This document shows, in pieces, positions 18,518-28,721 of a stretch of DNA of 64,000 nt. The notes under the pieces are model-generated. The model was given only the letters and a program-made list of their open reading frames with translations, was not told the DNA's origin and ran no database searches. Location of the stretch: contig JBKBWQ010000001.1 in the NCBI GenBank assembly GCA_046314355.1, forward strand, positions 960,001 to 1,024,000, in the 5' to 3' direction. Numbering within the stretch: position 1 is the stretch's first letter; each line of letters opens with the position of its first letter. This stretch comes from Candidatus Altimarinota bacterium (GTDB taxonomy: Bacteria; Patescibacteriota; Gracilibacteria; 1-14-2-50-48-13). The position numbers and the translations under genes are program-made.

Positions 18518-19297
18518 ATGCAAGCTACCTCCGAAGAAAATATAGTCTCCTCTTCTTCATCTAAACAGGAAGTTTTTCAGAAGACAACTCACGTAAAAGA
18601 TATTACATCTGAAAAACGAGAAGGTAAAATAGTATATATTATTATTCCCATGTTCAATGAAGCACGCAATATCATACCTGTAGTTGAGAACTGCAGACGT
18701 GCAGGATTTGCACATCTCCTCATTGTAGATGACGGATCTTATGATAATACTAGAGCTCTCGCAGAGAAATGCGGTGTAGAGATCATCTCTCATATTATCA
18801 ATCGTGGACAAGGTGCCGCAGTTCAGACAGGTATACTTGCCGCTCTAGAGAGAGGTGCAGAGATTATCGTCACAATGGATGGAGACCAGCAGTTCAACCC
18901 CTCTAATATTCCAGGCATCATTAATCCTCTCCTTAAGAAAGAGGCAGACATAGTCATCGGCAGCAGATTTAAGCAGAAAAATAACATCCCTTTCACAAGA
19001 AGATTCTTCAATTATATTGCAAACATCATCACTTTTTTCTTATCAGGAATTTGGCTATCTGACTCTCAGTCAGGATTCAAAGGATTCTCTAAAAAAGCCG
19101 CTGAACAGATCGATATCCATACAAGCGGATATGAATTTTGTACTGAGATTGTAAGAGAAATAGCATCATTAAAACTCAAACATATAGAAGTGCCTGTTGA
19201 TGTGTACTATACTGAAGAGAGTCTACGTAAAGGACAAAACTTCGCTCAAGGTATCAAAACTGCAGCAAAACTTTTAGTACGTAGCCTCATGTATTAA
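18518..19297 (+). CDS. glycosyltransferase family 2 (polyprenol-phosphate glycosyltransferase/DPM1-like)
   Basis: IIPMFNEA, VDDGSYD, NRGQGAA, MDGDQQF, VIGSRF, DSQSGFK. Confidence 0.92.
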   Translation: MQATSEENIVSSSSSKQEVFQKTTHVKDITSEKREGKIVYIIIPMFNEARNIIPVVENCRRAGFAHLLIVDDGSYDNTRALAEKCGVEIISHIINRGQGAAVQTGILAALERGAEIIVTMDGDQQFNPSNIPGIINPLLKKEADIVIGSRFKQKNNIPFTRRFFNYIANIITFFLSGIWLSDSQSGFKGFSKKAAEQIDIHTSGYEFCTEIVREIASLKLKHIEVPVDVYYTEESLRKGQNFAQGIKTAAKLLVRSLMY

Positions 19298-19638
19298 TGG
19301 ACCTCGCCTTATACCAAATTATCGTCCCACTCCTTTGTCTCCTGCTTATAACAAAAGCATTCAGCAATTTTTTCCGCGGCAAAAAAACAATCCGTGAACT
19401 AATCGCACTCAGTATTTTCTGGCTGCTTGTAGCACTTATCGCAATCTTCCCTTCTCTTACAGAGAAGCTCGCCTTTGTGTTAGGTATTAAGAGTAACGTA
19501 AATGCCGTTGTGTTTACATTACTCGGTATGCTCTCTTATATCTGCTTTCGACTCCTTGTAGTATCTGAGAATCAGGAACAAGAGCTTACACGTCTTACAC
19601 GGGCATTGGCGCTTAGGGATTTCAAGGAGAAGAAGTAA
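19297..19638 (+). CDS. DUF2304-like small membrane protein
   Basis: 3 TM helices; C-terminal ELTRLTRALAL; 1-nt overlap with the GT2 gene, a typical pairing. Confidence 0.8.
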   Translation: MDLALYQIIVPLLCLLLITKAFSNFFRGKKTIRELIALSIFWLLVALIAIFPSLTEKLAFVLGIKSNVNAVVFTLLGMLSYICFRLLVVSENQEQELTRLTRALALRDFKEKK

Positions 19639-19650
19639 CATTCCTTTAAG

Positions 19651-22600
19651 TTATACATCTTCAAGTGGTATTATGTATACGTCTCTATAAGTATAGGGAT
19701 GTGGATCATATGAAAACGCTATTTCTTTTTCTAGAGATCTTTTCTGATATTGTTTTTCTCTAATAATATCTATTATTTGTGTGCGATTTGAATGAATAGA
19801 ACTAGATTCTGGAATCCAAATGCTTTTACACCCGGCGATTTTTGCTATCTGTACCGCAAACTCTATAAATTTATCGTAAATATCCTTTGCTTTCGTGACT
19901 GAAAGTAAATCCAGTGATGGATTTATACCGGGAAGTGAAAGATATTTTTCTCCTTCATAGGTTACAAAATAAAAGTGCATTCCTCCCATAGCACGTTGCA
20001 TTTCTGTATCAAAACAGATTGCATTCATAAACTCAGGAGTATTCCAAAGCTTTTTGTCAGGAGCCACGCAAACTCCCATATTATACCCTGCAAGACTATG
20101 ACTTTTTCGTTTTGAAATAACAAAATGCAGTTCTCTTTCCTTCTCTTTGCCAGATGTTTCAAAATTAAATTTATTAAGCTCCTTTAGCATTTTATCATTT
20201 GTTTCCTGCACAAGTTTTACACCAATCATTCGTGGCAGTTCCTCAGAGATATCTTTTTTCATCCGGACAGATAATATCTCTTCAAGTTCTTCCTTGTTCT
20301 CTACAGCCAATACTTCATCCACCGTAAGAAGATATTTATCCTGCCAGATCTTCCTGAATTTTTGATCTATTTCTGTACTTGGTTTTGATACATATGTCTC
20401 TCTCATCTTCCATACGTGCATTGCAACATTTGTAATATCTTTGATACTTATTCGTGATTTTAACTGATCACAAAGTTCTGTATATTCTTTTGGAAATGAC
20501 TCTGTATAGGCCTGAATAGATTTTTTTACATAATCACTTTTGATTCGGTCACCTATAAATTCCTTATACTTCATTAGTTCAGTTATGGAAAATCCTGGAG
20601 TTTCAGACAAGCGCATACCTCCTATTACTTCATGCCGGTACATAAGTTTCCATAGTGCCTTTTGAGGTACTGGTTCCGGAGATCGATACCATTCAATCAA
20701 CTGCGTACCAATATTCGAAAGATCCTCTTCTAATACTCCTTCCTTTTCTTCCTTGTGGACTTCTCTAATTACTTCAGATAATTGATTCCATTGACGCATA
20801 TCTAGCTCAGCACCACTTTCAAGCACCATTTTACCCGTTGATACTGAGAAACTGCTTTTTGCTTCAATAAGCGGCATTTTTTCCTGAAAGATGTGATCAA
20901 CGTCACTTTGTCTATCTTCTCTACTTGCATAGAGCGAGAGCATCTCTTCTTTTTTTATACCTATTGCCGGAGGAAATACATCATATAATACAGCTTCCCA
21001 GATCTTCTTTTCTTCTTCATGAGAAACTGCATCTTCACCGTCAGCAATGTCTTTTCTAAAAGACTGAATAGTTTTTTTTAACCTCATTAAATCTTTTTCT
21101 TTTGTAAAACTTTCGTTCACAATATCTATATATTTTTCAAATATTTCAGGAGACACAAGCTCAACATCTTCTAAGTAGCCATAAAATATTTTCTGTTTCT
21201 CTACGGTATCCGGGATAAATTTCTGTTCTGTTATAAGGGGATAAAGCAGCTCAGAAAATACGCTCAGTGCTTTGACACCAGTACGTTTGCAAATACTTAC
21301 AAGAAACTGAATATCAAGATTCAAATCCTTCATCTCTTCAAGCACGGAAAAAATTCTGAATGCCCCATCTCCTTGCGAATTCAGAATAGAAGATACTTCT
21401 TTTTTATAGGTAATTTGAGGATATTGTTTGAAAAGTAAGGCAATACCATTTACAGTATATAGTCCTGTTTCAGGCATATTACATATTGATTCGATATGCT
21501 CTCGAGGAGTATCAACTGGTAAATAAGAATGATATATTTCTGAAAAATCCCTAGCTTCCAAAATAAATTTTTCTCTTTCTTCTATCAAAATTTTATTATT
21601 TCCAGTACGTAGCAACTTCATCGCAACAGGTTTATGTAGAAATTGCGGAAGCCAATCAATAAGTATTGTTAAACCCTTTGGTGTAGTATTTTGAACTAAA
21701 AGCGGACCAACTTCTTTATAATCAAGATTTGAAAGATATTTTAAATTATAGATAACTGTACTAGTATCACCTCCTGATTTCAGAAATCTCAATACAACTT
21801 CAGTTGCATTCTGAGCAGGAAAAAGCGAAAAATTTGAAATAATAACATCTTCCTGTGATGTTTCTGCGAGTCTTTTTGCTAATTTTTCAGGTTTAAGTGA
21901 TGGAAATTTTTTGATATTTTTAGTTAACTCTCCTAATAACTCTGGCTTAGTCAGCAGTAGATTAATAATTTTTTTAGAATCAATTGGTACAAATTTCTCG
22001 AAGTACCTTATCACCTCTTTCGCTGCATCTGCTTCAATGAGCCTTTCTGCAAATGTAGTAAAATTCGTTATGGAAAAATTTTCTAGAAATTGAGGTATTG
22101 CAAATGCTTTTCCATATTCAAAAAAGGCCTCAATGATTTTTTCTTTGTCTACTTTTAAAAGACTCCCTAAAGTTTTAGCTACCAATTCATAATGACCAGC
22201 ATGAATAAAAAGTATAACTGTCTCATCGGATAAGACTGAGAGTTTATCTTCCCTTTTAAAAATTATACTTCCCTTGTTGATCAGAAGAGCTTCACGGGCA
22301 ATTTCTTCATAGTCAATGTCACTAAATGAATCAAGAAACTCTATTACTTTTTCAATATATCCTTTTTGAATAAGGAGAATAGCAATCTCCATATTAAGGT
22401 TTTTATAATTCATAAGATTTTCTGCCAAAGCTTTTTCATTACCTTGGGATATCAAATCTCGAGCTATCTCATTCGGAGAAATTTCTGAAAAAAGACTAAA
22501 ACATTCGGCTAAATATTTCCCTTTTCCATTTCCTAGTAAAGTCTTTGCTAATTGCCTTTGGTCAATACTTGGGAAGTTCTCTAAACAAGCGGCAATATAT

Positions 22601-23538
22601 TCTTCCTTCTTTGCTGCAAATAAATATTGAGCAAAATCCATAGGATCAGTATCAGTAAAATTCTTGATATACTGAGCTACAACGAATTCTAGATTTAATG
22701 ATATTAGTCTATCCAGAATCCTTTTTTGATCCACACCCGGAAATAAATAAAGATATTTAGCTATATTCATAGGTGTTTCAAAACGTTCCAAATGACCTTT
22801 TTCCAAAATTTCATTCAATACTTCTTGATCAAAAGGAGCAAAAGGAATCAACCTCTCCCAGAGGAGACAGTTTGCACTGAGGCTAAACAAAAATCTATCT
22901 ATGATATCTAAAGCAATACGCTTACGGGCATTGTCACTGATGTATGGAATAATATCCAAAAGCTCCTGTTTACTTAGTGTTTTTACTAACCACTCCTCAA
23001 CCTTTTCATTGAGTGGAGCTAATATTTTGATGTTATATCGAATATAACTACCCAAACCCATTTCAATCAATTTTTCAGGTATCTCATCTAGCGTTATAAA
23101 TGGAAATTTCTTTATATTTTTTACGGCAAAGCTGATATTTCCAATTTGTAGTAGCCTCTCAAAGAGATTTTCATAGTTAATACCTGTAAACTTTTTTGCA
23201 TGATTTACTACTATTTTATATCCCCAAAATTTAAACAACAAATCCACTACTTCATTATCCAGCCCAATAAACTTTTTAATATTCTTAGTAAAGACAGTCA
23301 TTTTTCTCGATCTGATAAGCATCATGGCTTCTTTTTTGCCAAAAACTCTTCCGTTTTCCAGACCGGATATAATCTCATCTAATGTATATTCTTTATTTTC
23401 AAGTACTGTTTTTATAGCCTCATTAGTAGTGTTTACAGTCTCTTGGTCTATTTCCTTATTAACTTTCTTAGATTCCAAAACTCGATCTTCAGCTGAAGAG
23501 TCTTCTCGTTCTGATTGATTTAAAGCTTTTTTTGGCAT
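19651..23538 (-). CDS. 1295-aa hypothetical protein with ~28-aa helical repeats and a C-terminal globular domain
   Basis: Repeats such as VAQYIKNFTDTDPMDFAQYLFAAKKEEY / IAACLENFPSIDQRQLAKTLLGNGKGKY; C-terminal GVCVAPD…LPGINPS. Confidence 0.85.
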   Translation of the reverse strand: MPKKALNQSEREDSSAEDRVLESKKVNKEIDQETVNTTNEAIKTVLENKEYTLDEIISGLENGRVFGKKEAMMLIRSRKMTVFTKNIKKFIGLDNEVVDLLFKFWGYKIVVNHAKKFTGINYENLFERLLQIGNISFAVKNIKKFPFITLDEIPEKLIEMGLGSYIRYNIKILAPLNEKVEEWLVKTLSKQELLDIIPYISDNARKRIALDIIDRFLFSLSANCLLWERLIPFAPFDQEVLNEILEKGHLERFETPMNIAKYLYLFPGVDQKRILDRLISLNLEFVVAQYIKNFTDTDPMDFAQYLFAAKKEEYIAACLENFPSIDQRQLAKTLLGNGKGKYLAECFSLFSEISPNEIARDLISQGNEKALAENLMNYKNLNMEIAILLIQKGYIEKVIEFLDSFSDIDYEEIAREALLINKGSIIFKREDKLSVLSDETVILFIHAGHYELVAKTLGSLLKVDKEKIIEAFFEYGKAFAIPQFLENFSITNFTTFAERLIEADAAKEVIRYFEKFVPIDSKKIINLLLTKPELLGELTKNIKKFPSLKPEKLAKRLAETSQEDVIISNFSLFPAQNATEVVLRFLKSGGDTSTVIYNLKYLSNLDYKEVGPLLVQNTTPKGLTILIDWLPQFLHKPVAMKLLRTGNNKILIEEREKFILEARDFSEIYHSYLPVDTPREHIESICNMPETGLYTVNGIALLFKQYPQITYKKEVSSILNSQGDGAFRIFSVLEEMKDLNLDIQFLVSICKRTGVKALSVFSELLYPLITEQKFIPDTVEKQKIFYGYLEDVELVSPEIFEKYIDIVNESFTKEKDLMRLKKTIQSFRKDIADGEDAVSHEEEKKIWEAVLYDVFPPAIGIKKEEMLSLYASREDRQSDVDHIFQEKMPLIEAKSSFSVSTGKMVLESGAELDMRQWNQLSEVIREVHKEEKEGVLEEDLSNIGTQLIEWYRSPEPVPQKALWKLMYRHEVIGGMRLSETPGFSITELMKYKEFIGDRIKSDYVKKSIQAYTESFPKEYTELCDQLKSRISIKDITNVAMHVWKMRETYVSKPSTEIDQKFRKIWQDKYLLTVDEVLAVENKEELEEILSVRMKKDISEELPRMIGVKLVQETNDKMLKELNKFNFETSGKEKERELHFVISKRKSHSLAGYNMGVCVAPDKKLWNTPEFMNAICFDTEMQRAMGGMHFYFVTYEGEKYLSLPGINPSLDLLSVTKAKDIYDKFIEFAVQIAKIAGCKSIWIPESSSIHSNRTQIIDIIREKQYQKRSLEKEIAFSYDPHPYTYRDVYIIPLEDV

Positions 23539-23640
23539 GCTGAAAAATAGTATCTACTACTTATAGTATATCATTTTTTTCAAGATAGTGTTCCTTTTAC
23601 AGCCTCACAAAAAGGAGGCATTACAAAATTATTTTCAAAT

Positions 23641-23672
23641 AAAAAAAGCACCCCAATCGGAGTGCTTTTTTT
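23641..23672 (-). terminator. intrinsic terminator of the ribosomal superoperon
   Basis: Minus strand GCACTCC-GATT-GGGGTGC followed by a T-tract, downstream of rpsI. Confidence 0.85.
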
Positions 23673-23700
23673 GACCTGAGCCAAATCGCGTTTGAGGCGA

Positions 23701-24105
23701 TTAACGCTTTGCCCACTGTGGAGCTCTTCGTGCTTTTCTTAAGCCCGGTTTCTTTCGCTCAACCACTCGGGCATCACGGGAGAGAAGACCTGCTTCCTTA
23801 AGCATTGGCTTAAGAGTCTCATCGTTCATAAGGAGAGTCTTAGCAATACCATATCGGCATGCTTCAGCCTGTCCGCTCTTACCTCCTCCAAGTACCTTGA
23901 TACTGAAGCTGAATTTCTTTTTGCTTTCAGTAAGCTTAAGAGGAAAAGTTACAACGTCGATAAGAAAAGGATCTGTAACGAAGTCTTTAATATCTTTTCC
24001 GTTGATCACGATTTCTCCATCACCTTCATAGAGACGTACCTGTGCTGTAGAAGTCTTTCTCTTTCCAACAGCGTAAACATATTTCTTGGAAGTATCCATA
24101 TTCAT
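23701..24105 (-). CDS. rpsI: 30S ribosomal protein S9
   Basis: GKRKTSTAQV, GGGKSGQA, ERKKPGLRKARRAPQWAKR. Confidence 0.98.
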   Translation of the reverse strand: MNMDTSKKYVYAVGKRKTSTAQVRLYEGDGEIVINGKDIKDFVTDPFLIDVVTFPLKLTESKKKFSFSIKVLGGGKSGQAEACRYGIAKTLLMNDETLKPMLKEAGLLSRDARVVERKKPGLRKARRAPQWAKR

Positions 24106-24112
24106 TCAACAA

Positions 24113-24544
24113 TTATACAAGTAAAGGCTCTGGGTTCTGGCCACTATGCGTATGCTCAGTTCCTAAAAATAATTTAAGTCTCGCAAGCTTATCTTTTCGA
24201 AGCTTGTTCTTTGGAAGCATTCCAGATACTGCATCTGAAAGGATTCTCTTTGGATCTCTCTCCTGAACTTCAGAGAAAGTCTGAGTCTTAAAGTGACCAA
24301 GGTATCCAGTATGGTTATAGTAGAGCTTTCCCTCTGACTTATTTCCAGTTACTTTTACTTTTCCTGCATTTAAGACGATAACATAATCGCCTGAATCCAC
24401 ATGATAGTTAAAAGCAGCCTTGTTCTTTCCATTAATCACTCGTGCAATTGCAGTTGCAAGTCGACCAAGTGTTTTTCCTTCAGCATCAACGACATACCAT
24501 TTTCGGTCTCGTGTTGTTAGAGGTTTAATTGCAGTGGTTTTCAT
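24113..24544 (-). CDS. rplM: 50S ribosomal protein L13
   Basis: WYVVDAEGKTLGRLA, GDYVIVLNA, AVSGMLPKN. Confidence 0.98.
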   Translation of the reverse strand: MKTTAIKPLTTRDRKWYVVDAEGKTLGRLATAIARVINGKNKAAFNYHVDSGDYVIVLNAGKVKVTGNKSEGKLYYNHTGYLGHFKTQTFSEVQERDPKRILSDAVSGMLPKNKLRKDKLARLKLFLGTEHTHSGQNPEPLLV

Positions 24545-24549
24545 GAGTT

Positions 24550-24903
24550 TTAAACTAATTCAATTAAAACAAGAGAAGCTCCGTCTCCTTTTCGAAGACC
24601 TACTTTTACTCTTCGTGTGAATCCTGATGAACGATCCTTGAACCGCTCAAGAAGAACTTCTATTACTTTTCTAGATGAAGCTTCAGTATAAAGGAAGCTT
24701 TTAAGTTCTCTAATCTGATTAAAGAGCTCTTTTCCTTTAAGCGATGCGATCATGCTTTCAAAAGCATTCTGTAAAGCTTTCGCCTTAGCATCTGTAGTTA
24801 CAATTCTCTCATGCAGGATAAGAGATGCAACCTGGTTTCTGATAAGAGCATTTCTGTGAGAAGCTTCTCTTTTCAGCTTGGGTACGTTATTTCTGTGTCT
24901 CAT
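24550..24903 (-). CDS. rplQ: 50S ribosomal protein L17
   Basis: MRHR…HRNALIRN, IVTTDAKAK, GFTR. Confidence 0.97.
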   Translation of the reverse strand: MRHRNNVPKLKREASHRNALIRNQVASLILHERIVTTDAKAKALQNAFESMIASLKGKELFNQIRELKSFLYTEASSRKVIEVLLERFKDRSSGFTRRVKVGLRKGDGASLVLIELV

Positions 24904-24939
24904 ATGAAAATAAAAATCTAATAGTAAGTTGTGTGATAA

Positions 24940-25926
24940 TTAATCTTCTCCGAAGAGTTTTAATCCTTTTGTCTTAAGTGCTTCTTTAACTTCCGTCATA
25001 GCTTTCTTACCAAATCCGCGAAGATTAGTAAGTTTGCTCTCAGTACATTTAGTAAGCTGCTCAATAGAACCAATTCCTCCATTGATGAGCGCATTAAGCG
25101 TTCGAGGAGAAAGATTCAGGATTTCAATAGGAGTATATGTCTCCTTTGCCTTCTCAAGTGCCTTTTCCTTCTCTTCCTGCTCTTTTACCATGATCTCGTC
25201 TACGTTTGCTACGAAATCCTGCTCCACAAGGATACCATCCTTATTAAAGAGAGAGAAATAAGAAGTAAGAAGGTTTGAAGCAAACCGAAGTGCATCCTGA
25301 GCAGATATTGCATTGTCTGTCTCAATTTCGATATCTACCTTATCAAGATCAGTTCTTTGTCCTACTCGTGCACTTGTAACTTCATACTGTACTTTCATGA
25401 TTGGAGAGAAACTTGCGTCCACAAGTATAAGACCTGTATCTTCATTTTCTTTCTTTAACTCTGCAATAGATTTGTATCCTACACCCTTCTCAACACGAAT
25501 TTCCATGTCGAGTTCAGTACCTGTATCAAGCGCAGTAATGTAGAGATCCTTATTTAGTATTTCTACATCGTTACTTGCTGTAATATCAGCAGCAGTTACA
25601 GTTCCTTCTTTTTTCACTTTGAGTTTCAACATTGTTGGCTCAGAAGTATGTTTTTTTACACGAAGCTGTTTGAGATTCAAAAGGATATCTAGGATACTAT
25701 CCTGAATTCCTGGCACAGTAGTGAACTCATGTGCAACACCTTTGATCTTGACTCCTGTTACAGCTGCACCAGGAAGTGAAGATAAGAGAGCTCTGCGAAG
25801 TGCATTTCCAATAGTAGTTCCATATCCCGCAGGAAGCGGCTCCATTGTAAAAAGTGCATGCCAGTCACCGCTAAGTACCTTGTGAACAATTTTTGGAGTT
25901 CCAATTTCAGTATGTATCAAATGCAT
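24940..25926 (-). CDS. rpoA: RNA polymerase alpha subunit
   Basis: EPLPAGYGTTIGNALRRALLSSLPG, DASFSP, alpha-CTD. Confidence 0.98.
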   Translation of the reverse strand: MHLIHTEIGTPKIVHKVLSGDWHALFTMEPLPAGYGTTIGNALRRALLSSLPGAAVTGVKIKGVAHEFTTVPGIQDSILDILLNLKQLRVKKHTSEPTMLKLKVKKEGTVTAADITASNDVEILNKDLYITALDTGTELDMEIRVEKGVGYKSIAELKKENEDTGLILVDASFSPIMKVQYEVTSARVGQRTDLDKVDIEIETDNAISAQDALRFASNLLTSYFSLFNKDGILVEQDFVANVDEIMVKEQEEKEKALEKAKETYTPIEILNLSPRTLNALINGGIGSIEQLTKCTESKLTNLRGFGKKAMTEVKEALKTKGLKLFGED

Positions 25927-25970
25927 AGAGAAGCGGTTTAAAAGTAAAGAAAATGTGAGGTGGAGGAGAA

Positions 25971-26591
25971 TTAGTTTCTTGTGTAGTACTCCACGATGTA
26001 TCTGCTTTCAATAATACTTTCGAAATCAGCAGTCTCAGGATTTGCAACAACTGTAAAGGACATATCCTTAGCGTTTACTTCCATCCACTTAGGAGAAAGA
26101 TCTTTACCAATCTTTTTTCCAGCAAATAGAGGAGAAGCTTTTGCAGTATCAGAAAGAGACACAACATCACCTACTCTCAACTGAATAGAAGGAGTCTTTA
26201 CTCTCTTTCCATTTACAAGCATAAGACCATGACCTACAAGCTGTCTTGAAGTATTTCTAGATGTTACAATACCAGATCTGTAGATCGCGCTATCAAGTCG
26301 AAGCTCAAGACTTCTCATGATATAAACGTCAGTTGCAGTTCCCTTTGTTGCAGAAGCCTGCTTAAAGAGATTGTAAAACTGTGTCTCATTGAGACCAAAA
26401 ATTCTCTTAGCTTTCTGCTTTTCTCGAAGCTGTCGTGCATACTCAGTAGGCTTTCCGCTTCTACCGTGCTGACCAGGGATAGTCTGTCTCTTGTTTAGAG
26501 TACATTTAGTACCTTCACACTTTTCTCCTTTTAGAAAAAGTTTAACTCCCTCTCTTCTACATAATCTACATTTAGGACCAGTATATCTCAT
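25971..26591 (-). CDS. rpsD: 30S ribosomal protein S4
   Basis: RYTGPKCRLCRREG, QLREKQK, LELRLD. Confidence 0.98.
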   Translation of the reverse strand: MRYTGPKCRLCRREGVKLFLKGEKCEGTKCTLNKRQTIPGQHGRSGKPTEYARQLREKQKAKRIFGLNETQFYNLFKQASATKGTATDVYIMRSLELRLDSAIYRSGIVTSRNTSRQLVGHGLMLVNGKRVKTPSIQLRVGDVVSLSDTAKASPLFAGKKIGKDLSPKWMEVNAKDMSFTVVANPETADFESIIESRYIVEYYTRN

Positions 26592-26632
26592 ATTAATGAA
26601 ACCAAAGAAATAATAATATATATATAAAGCTA

Positions 26633-27037
26633 CTAAGGTCGTCTTACCTTTCTCTTTCTACATCCTCCGTGTGCCACAGGAGTAATATCGTTGATAGAAA
26701 GAATTTCAATTCCTGCACTTGCAATACCTCGAAGAGATTGATCTCGTCCAACTCCTACACCTTTCATAAATACATCTGCCTTTTCAATTCCGAAAGATAC
26801 AGCTGACTTCATTGCATTTTCTGCAGCTACCTGAGCTGCGTATGGAGTAGACTTTCGTGTTCCTCTAAATCCAGAAGCACCTGCACTTCCCTGCGCGAGA
26901 GCATTACCCTCAAGGTCAGCGATAGTAACAATAGTATTGTTCATGCTGCACTTAATGTGAATTACAGCATGTGGCACTGATCGTCGTGCCTTTTTAGTCT
27001 TTTTTACAGCGGCCTTAGCCTTTGTTGATTCTGCCAT
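26633..27037 (-). CDS. rpsK: 30S ribosomal protein S11
   Basis: NNTIVTI, RKSTPYAAQ, DITPVAHGGCR. Confidence 0.98.
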   Translation of the reverse strand: MAESTKAKAAVKKTKKARRSVPHAVIHIKCSMNNTIVTIADLEGNALAQGSAGASGFRGTRKSTPYAAQVAAENAMKSAVSFGIEKADVFMKGVGVGRDQSLRGIASAGIEILSINDITPVAHGGCRKRKVRRP

Positions 27038-27086
27038 TTGTAAATAATTGTAAAGTTAAGATAATATTCAAAAGTATTATGAGGGT

Positions 27087-27458
27087 TTATGACTCAGACT
27101 TCTTGTTTGCAACAGTCTGTCTCTTACCCTTTCTTGTTCTAGAGTTCGTCTTTGTTCTCTGACCTCTTACTGGAAGTCTCTTCTTATGTCGAAGACCTCG
27201 ATAACAGTTGATTTCCTGGAGTCGTTTAATATTGAATCCCACTTCTCGTCGAAGATCACCTTCAACCTTAATCTTCTTGATTTCATCTCGAATAAGATCA
27301 AGTACGTCCTCAGATAGCTCTTCAGTCTTTTTATCTCTGTCGATCTTGAGAGTACTCAAAATTTTATTACTAGTAGGTCGGCCAATACCAAATATGTAGG
27401 TAAGCGAGATTTCTACTCGTTTGTTTCTTGGGAGATTCACTCCAGCGATTCGTGCCAT
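27087..27458 (-). CDS. rpsM: 30S ribosomal protein S13
   Basis: [21 protein letters not shown]. Confidence 0.98.
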   Translation of the reverse strand: MARIAGVNLPRNKRVEISLTYIFGIGRPTSNKILSTLKIDRDKKTEELSEDVLDLIRDEIKKIKVEGDLRREVGFNIKRLQEINCYRGLRHKKRLPVRGQRTKTNSRTRKGKRQTVANKKSES

Positions 27459-27487
27459 GTATCGAAGTTACATTAAATAAAATAAAA

Positions 27488-27601
27488 TTACCCCTGTCGT
27501 TGCTTATGTTTTGGTGTCTTACAGATCACCATTACTTTACCGTGACGTCGGATAACTTTGCAAAAGTTACAAATAGGTTTAACTGATGGTCGCACTTTCA
27601 T
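27488..27601 (-). CDS. rpmJ: 50S ribosomal protein L36 (Zn-binding type)
   Basis: Hand translation [37 protein letters not shown]; missed by the ORF track. Confidence 0.97.
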   Translation of the reverse strand: MKVRPSVKPICNFCKVIRRHGKVMVICKTPKHKQRQG

Positions 27602-27627
27602 TGTTACAAGCATTCAAAAGGTAAAAT

Positions 27628-27891
27628 TTATGCTGCATTCTTTAACGCTGTATTTGTTTCCCTGAAAATAATTCTTCCCTTTGTCAGATCGTAGATACTA
27701 AGCTCTACTTTTACCTTATCTCCAGGAATGATTTTGATGAAGTTCTTCTTCATCTTTCCAGACAAATATGCGATGACTGATCGTGTAGGAATACCGTTTG
27801 TATCGTCTCCAATCTGAACTCTGCACTGAGATGCAGGCAAGACCTCAAGAACTACTCCTTCAACGACTACTACATCATCTTTTTTTGCCAT
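27628..27891 (-). CDS. infA: translation initiation factor IF-1
   Basis: EGVVLEVLP…SGKMKKNFIKIIPGDKVKVELSIYDLTKGRI. Confidence 0.97.
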   Translation of the reverse strand: MAKKDDVVVVEGVVLEVLPASQCRVQIGDDTNGIPTRSVIAYLSGKMKKNFIKIIPGDKVKVELSIYDLTKGRIIFRETNTALKNAA

Positions 27892-27929
27892 GGGAAAGGG
27901 TCAATCGGTACTTAAAAACACGTAACAAG

Positions 27930-27958
27930 AATTTACACTAAAAAAAAATTCTTGACAA
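27930..27958 (-). promoter_or_regulatory. internal promoter upstream of infA
   Basis: Minus strand TTGTCA, 17 nt, TAAATT. Confidence 0.55.
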
Positions 27959-27971
27959 GTTTTTTTTATTT

Positions 27972-28721
27972 TTATGTAAGTATTTCAGCACCCTGCTCTG
28001 TAATAAGCACAGTATGCTCAAAATGTGCAGAGTAAGAGCCGTCCATCGTATAAATTGTCCAGCCATCTTCTTTATCTATAAAGATCTCAGAAGTGCCAAG
28101 TCCGCTAATTGGTTCAATAGCGATGGTCATTCCTGCTTTTAACTTAGGTCCAAGGGTACTACTTCCCTCATTTGGAATGTACGGATCCTCATGAACCTTA
28201 GTTCCAATCCCATGTCCACCGAGATCTTCAATGACATGAAATGAATGTTGTGTAATATAATTTCCAATAGTATTAGAAATCTCTCCAACTAACACACCAT
28301 CCTTTAGAACCTTAATGGCCTCTTCAAGAGCTTTTTCGGTAGTCTCTACTAGCTTGACTACTTCAGGATCACAAGCTTCTTTTCCACCTACCATGACAGT
28401 GATAGCACTGTCAGTATTCCATCCATCAAGTTTTACTCCACAGTCTAGCCCAATAATATCTCCGGCTTCAAGTATTCGATCTTGAGGTAGTCCATGTACC
28501 ACCTGATCATTTACAGATATACAGATACTTGAAGGAAATCCTTGGTATCCTTTAAAAGCTGGAATTGCTCCATATTTTTTAAATAAGCTATCAACGAATG
28601 CCTCAACCTCTTTTACGTTTATGCCAGGTACAATAATTTCTTTTGTTTGCTGAAGAATTTTGTGAAGTACTTTTCCCGCACTTCTCATTTTCTTTATCTG
28701 ATCGTGAGTTCTAATCTGCAT
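27972..28721 (-). CDS. map: type I methionine aminopeptidase
   Basis: CISVNDQVVHG, GHGIG…HEDP, AIEP, SAHFEHT. Confidence 0.97.
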   Translation of the reverse strand: MQIRTHDQIKKMRSAGKVLHKILQQTKEIIVPGINVKEVEAFVDSLFKKYGAIPAFKGYQGFPSSICISVNDQVVHGLPQDRILEAGDIIGLDCGVKLDGWNTDSAITVMVGGKEACDPEVVKLVETTEKALEEAIKVLKDGVLVGEISNTIGNYITQHSFHVIEDLGGHGIGTKVHEDPYIPNEGSSTLGPKLKAGMTIAIEPISGLGTSEIFIDKEDGWTIYTMDGSYSAHFEHTVLITEQGAEILT

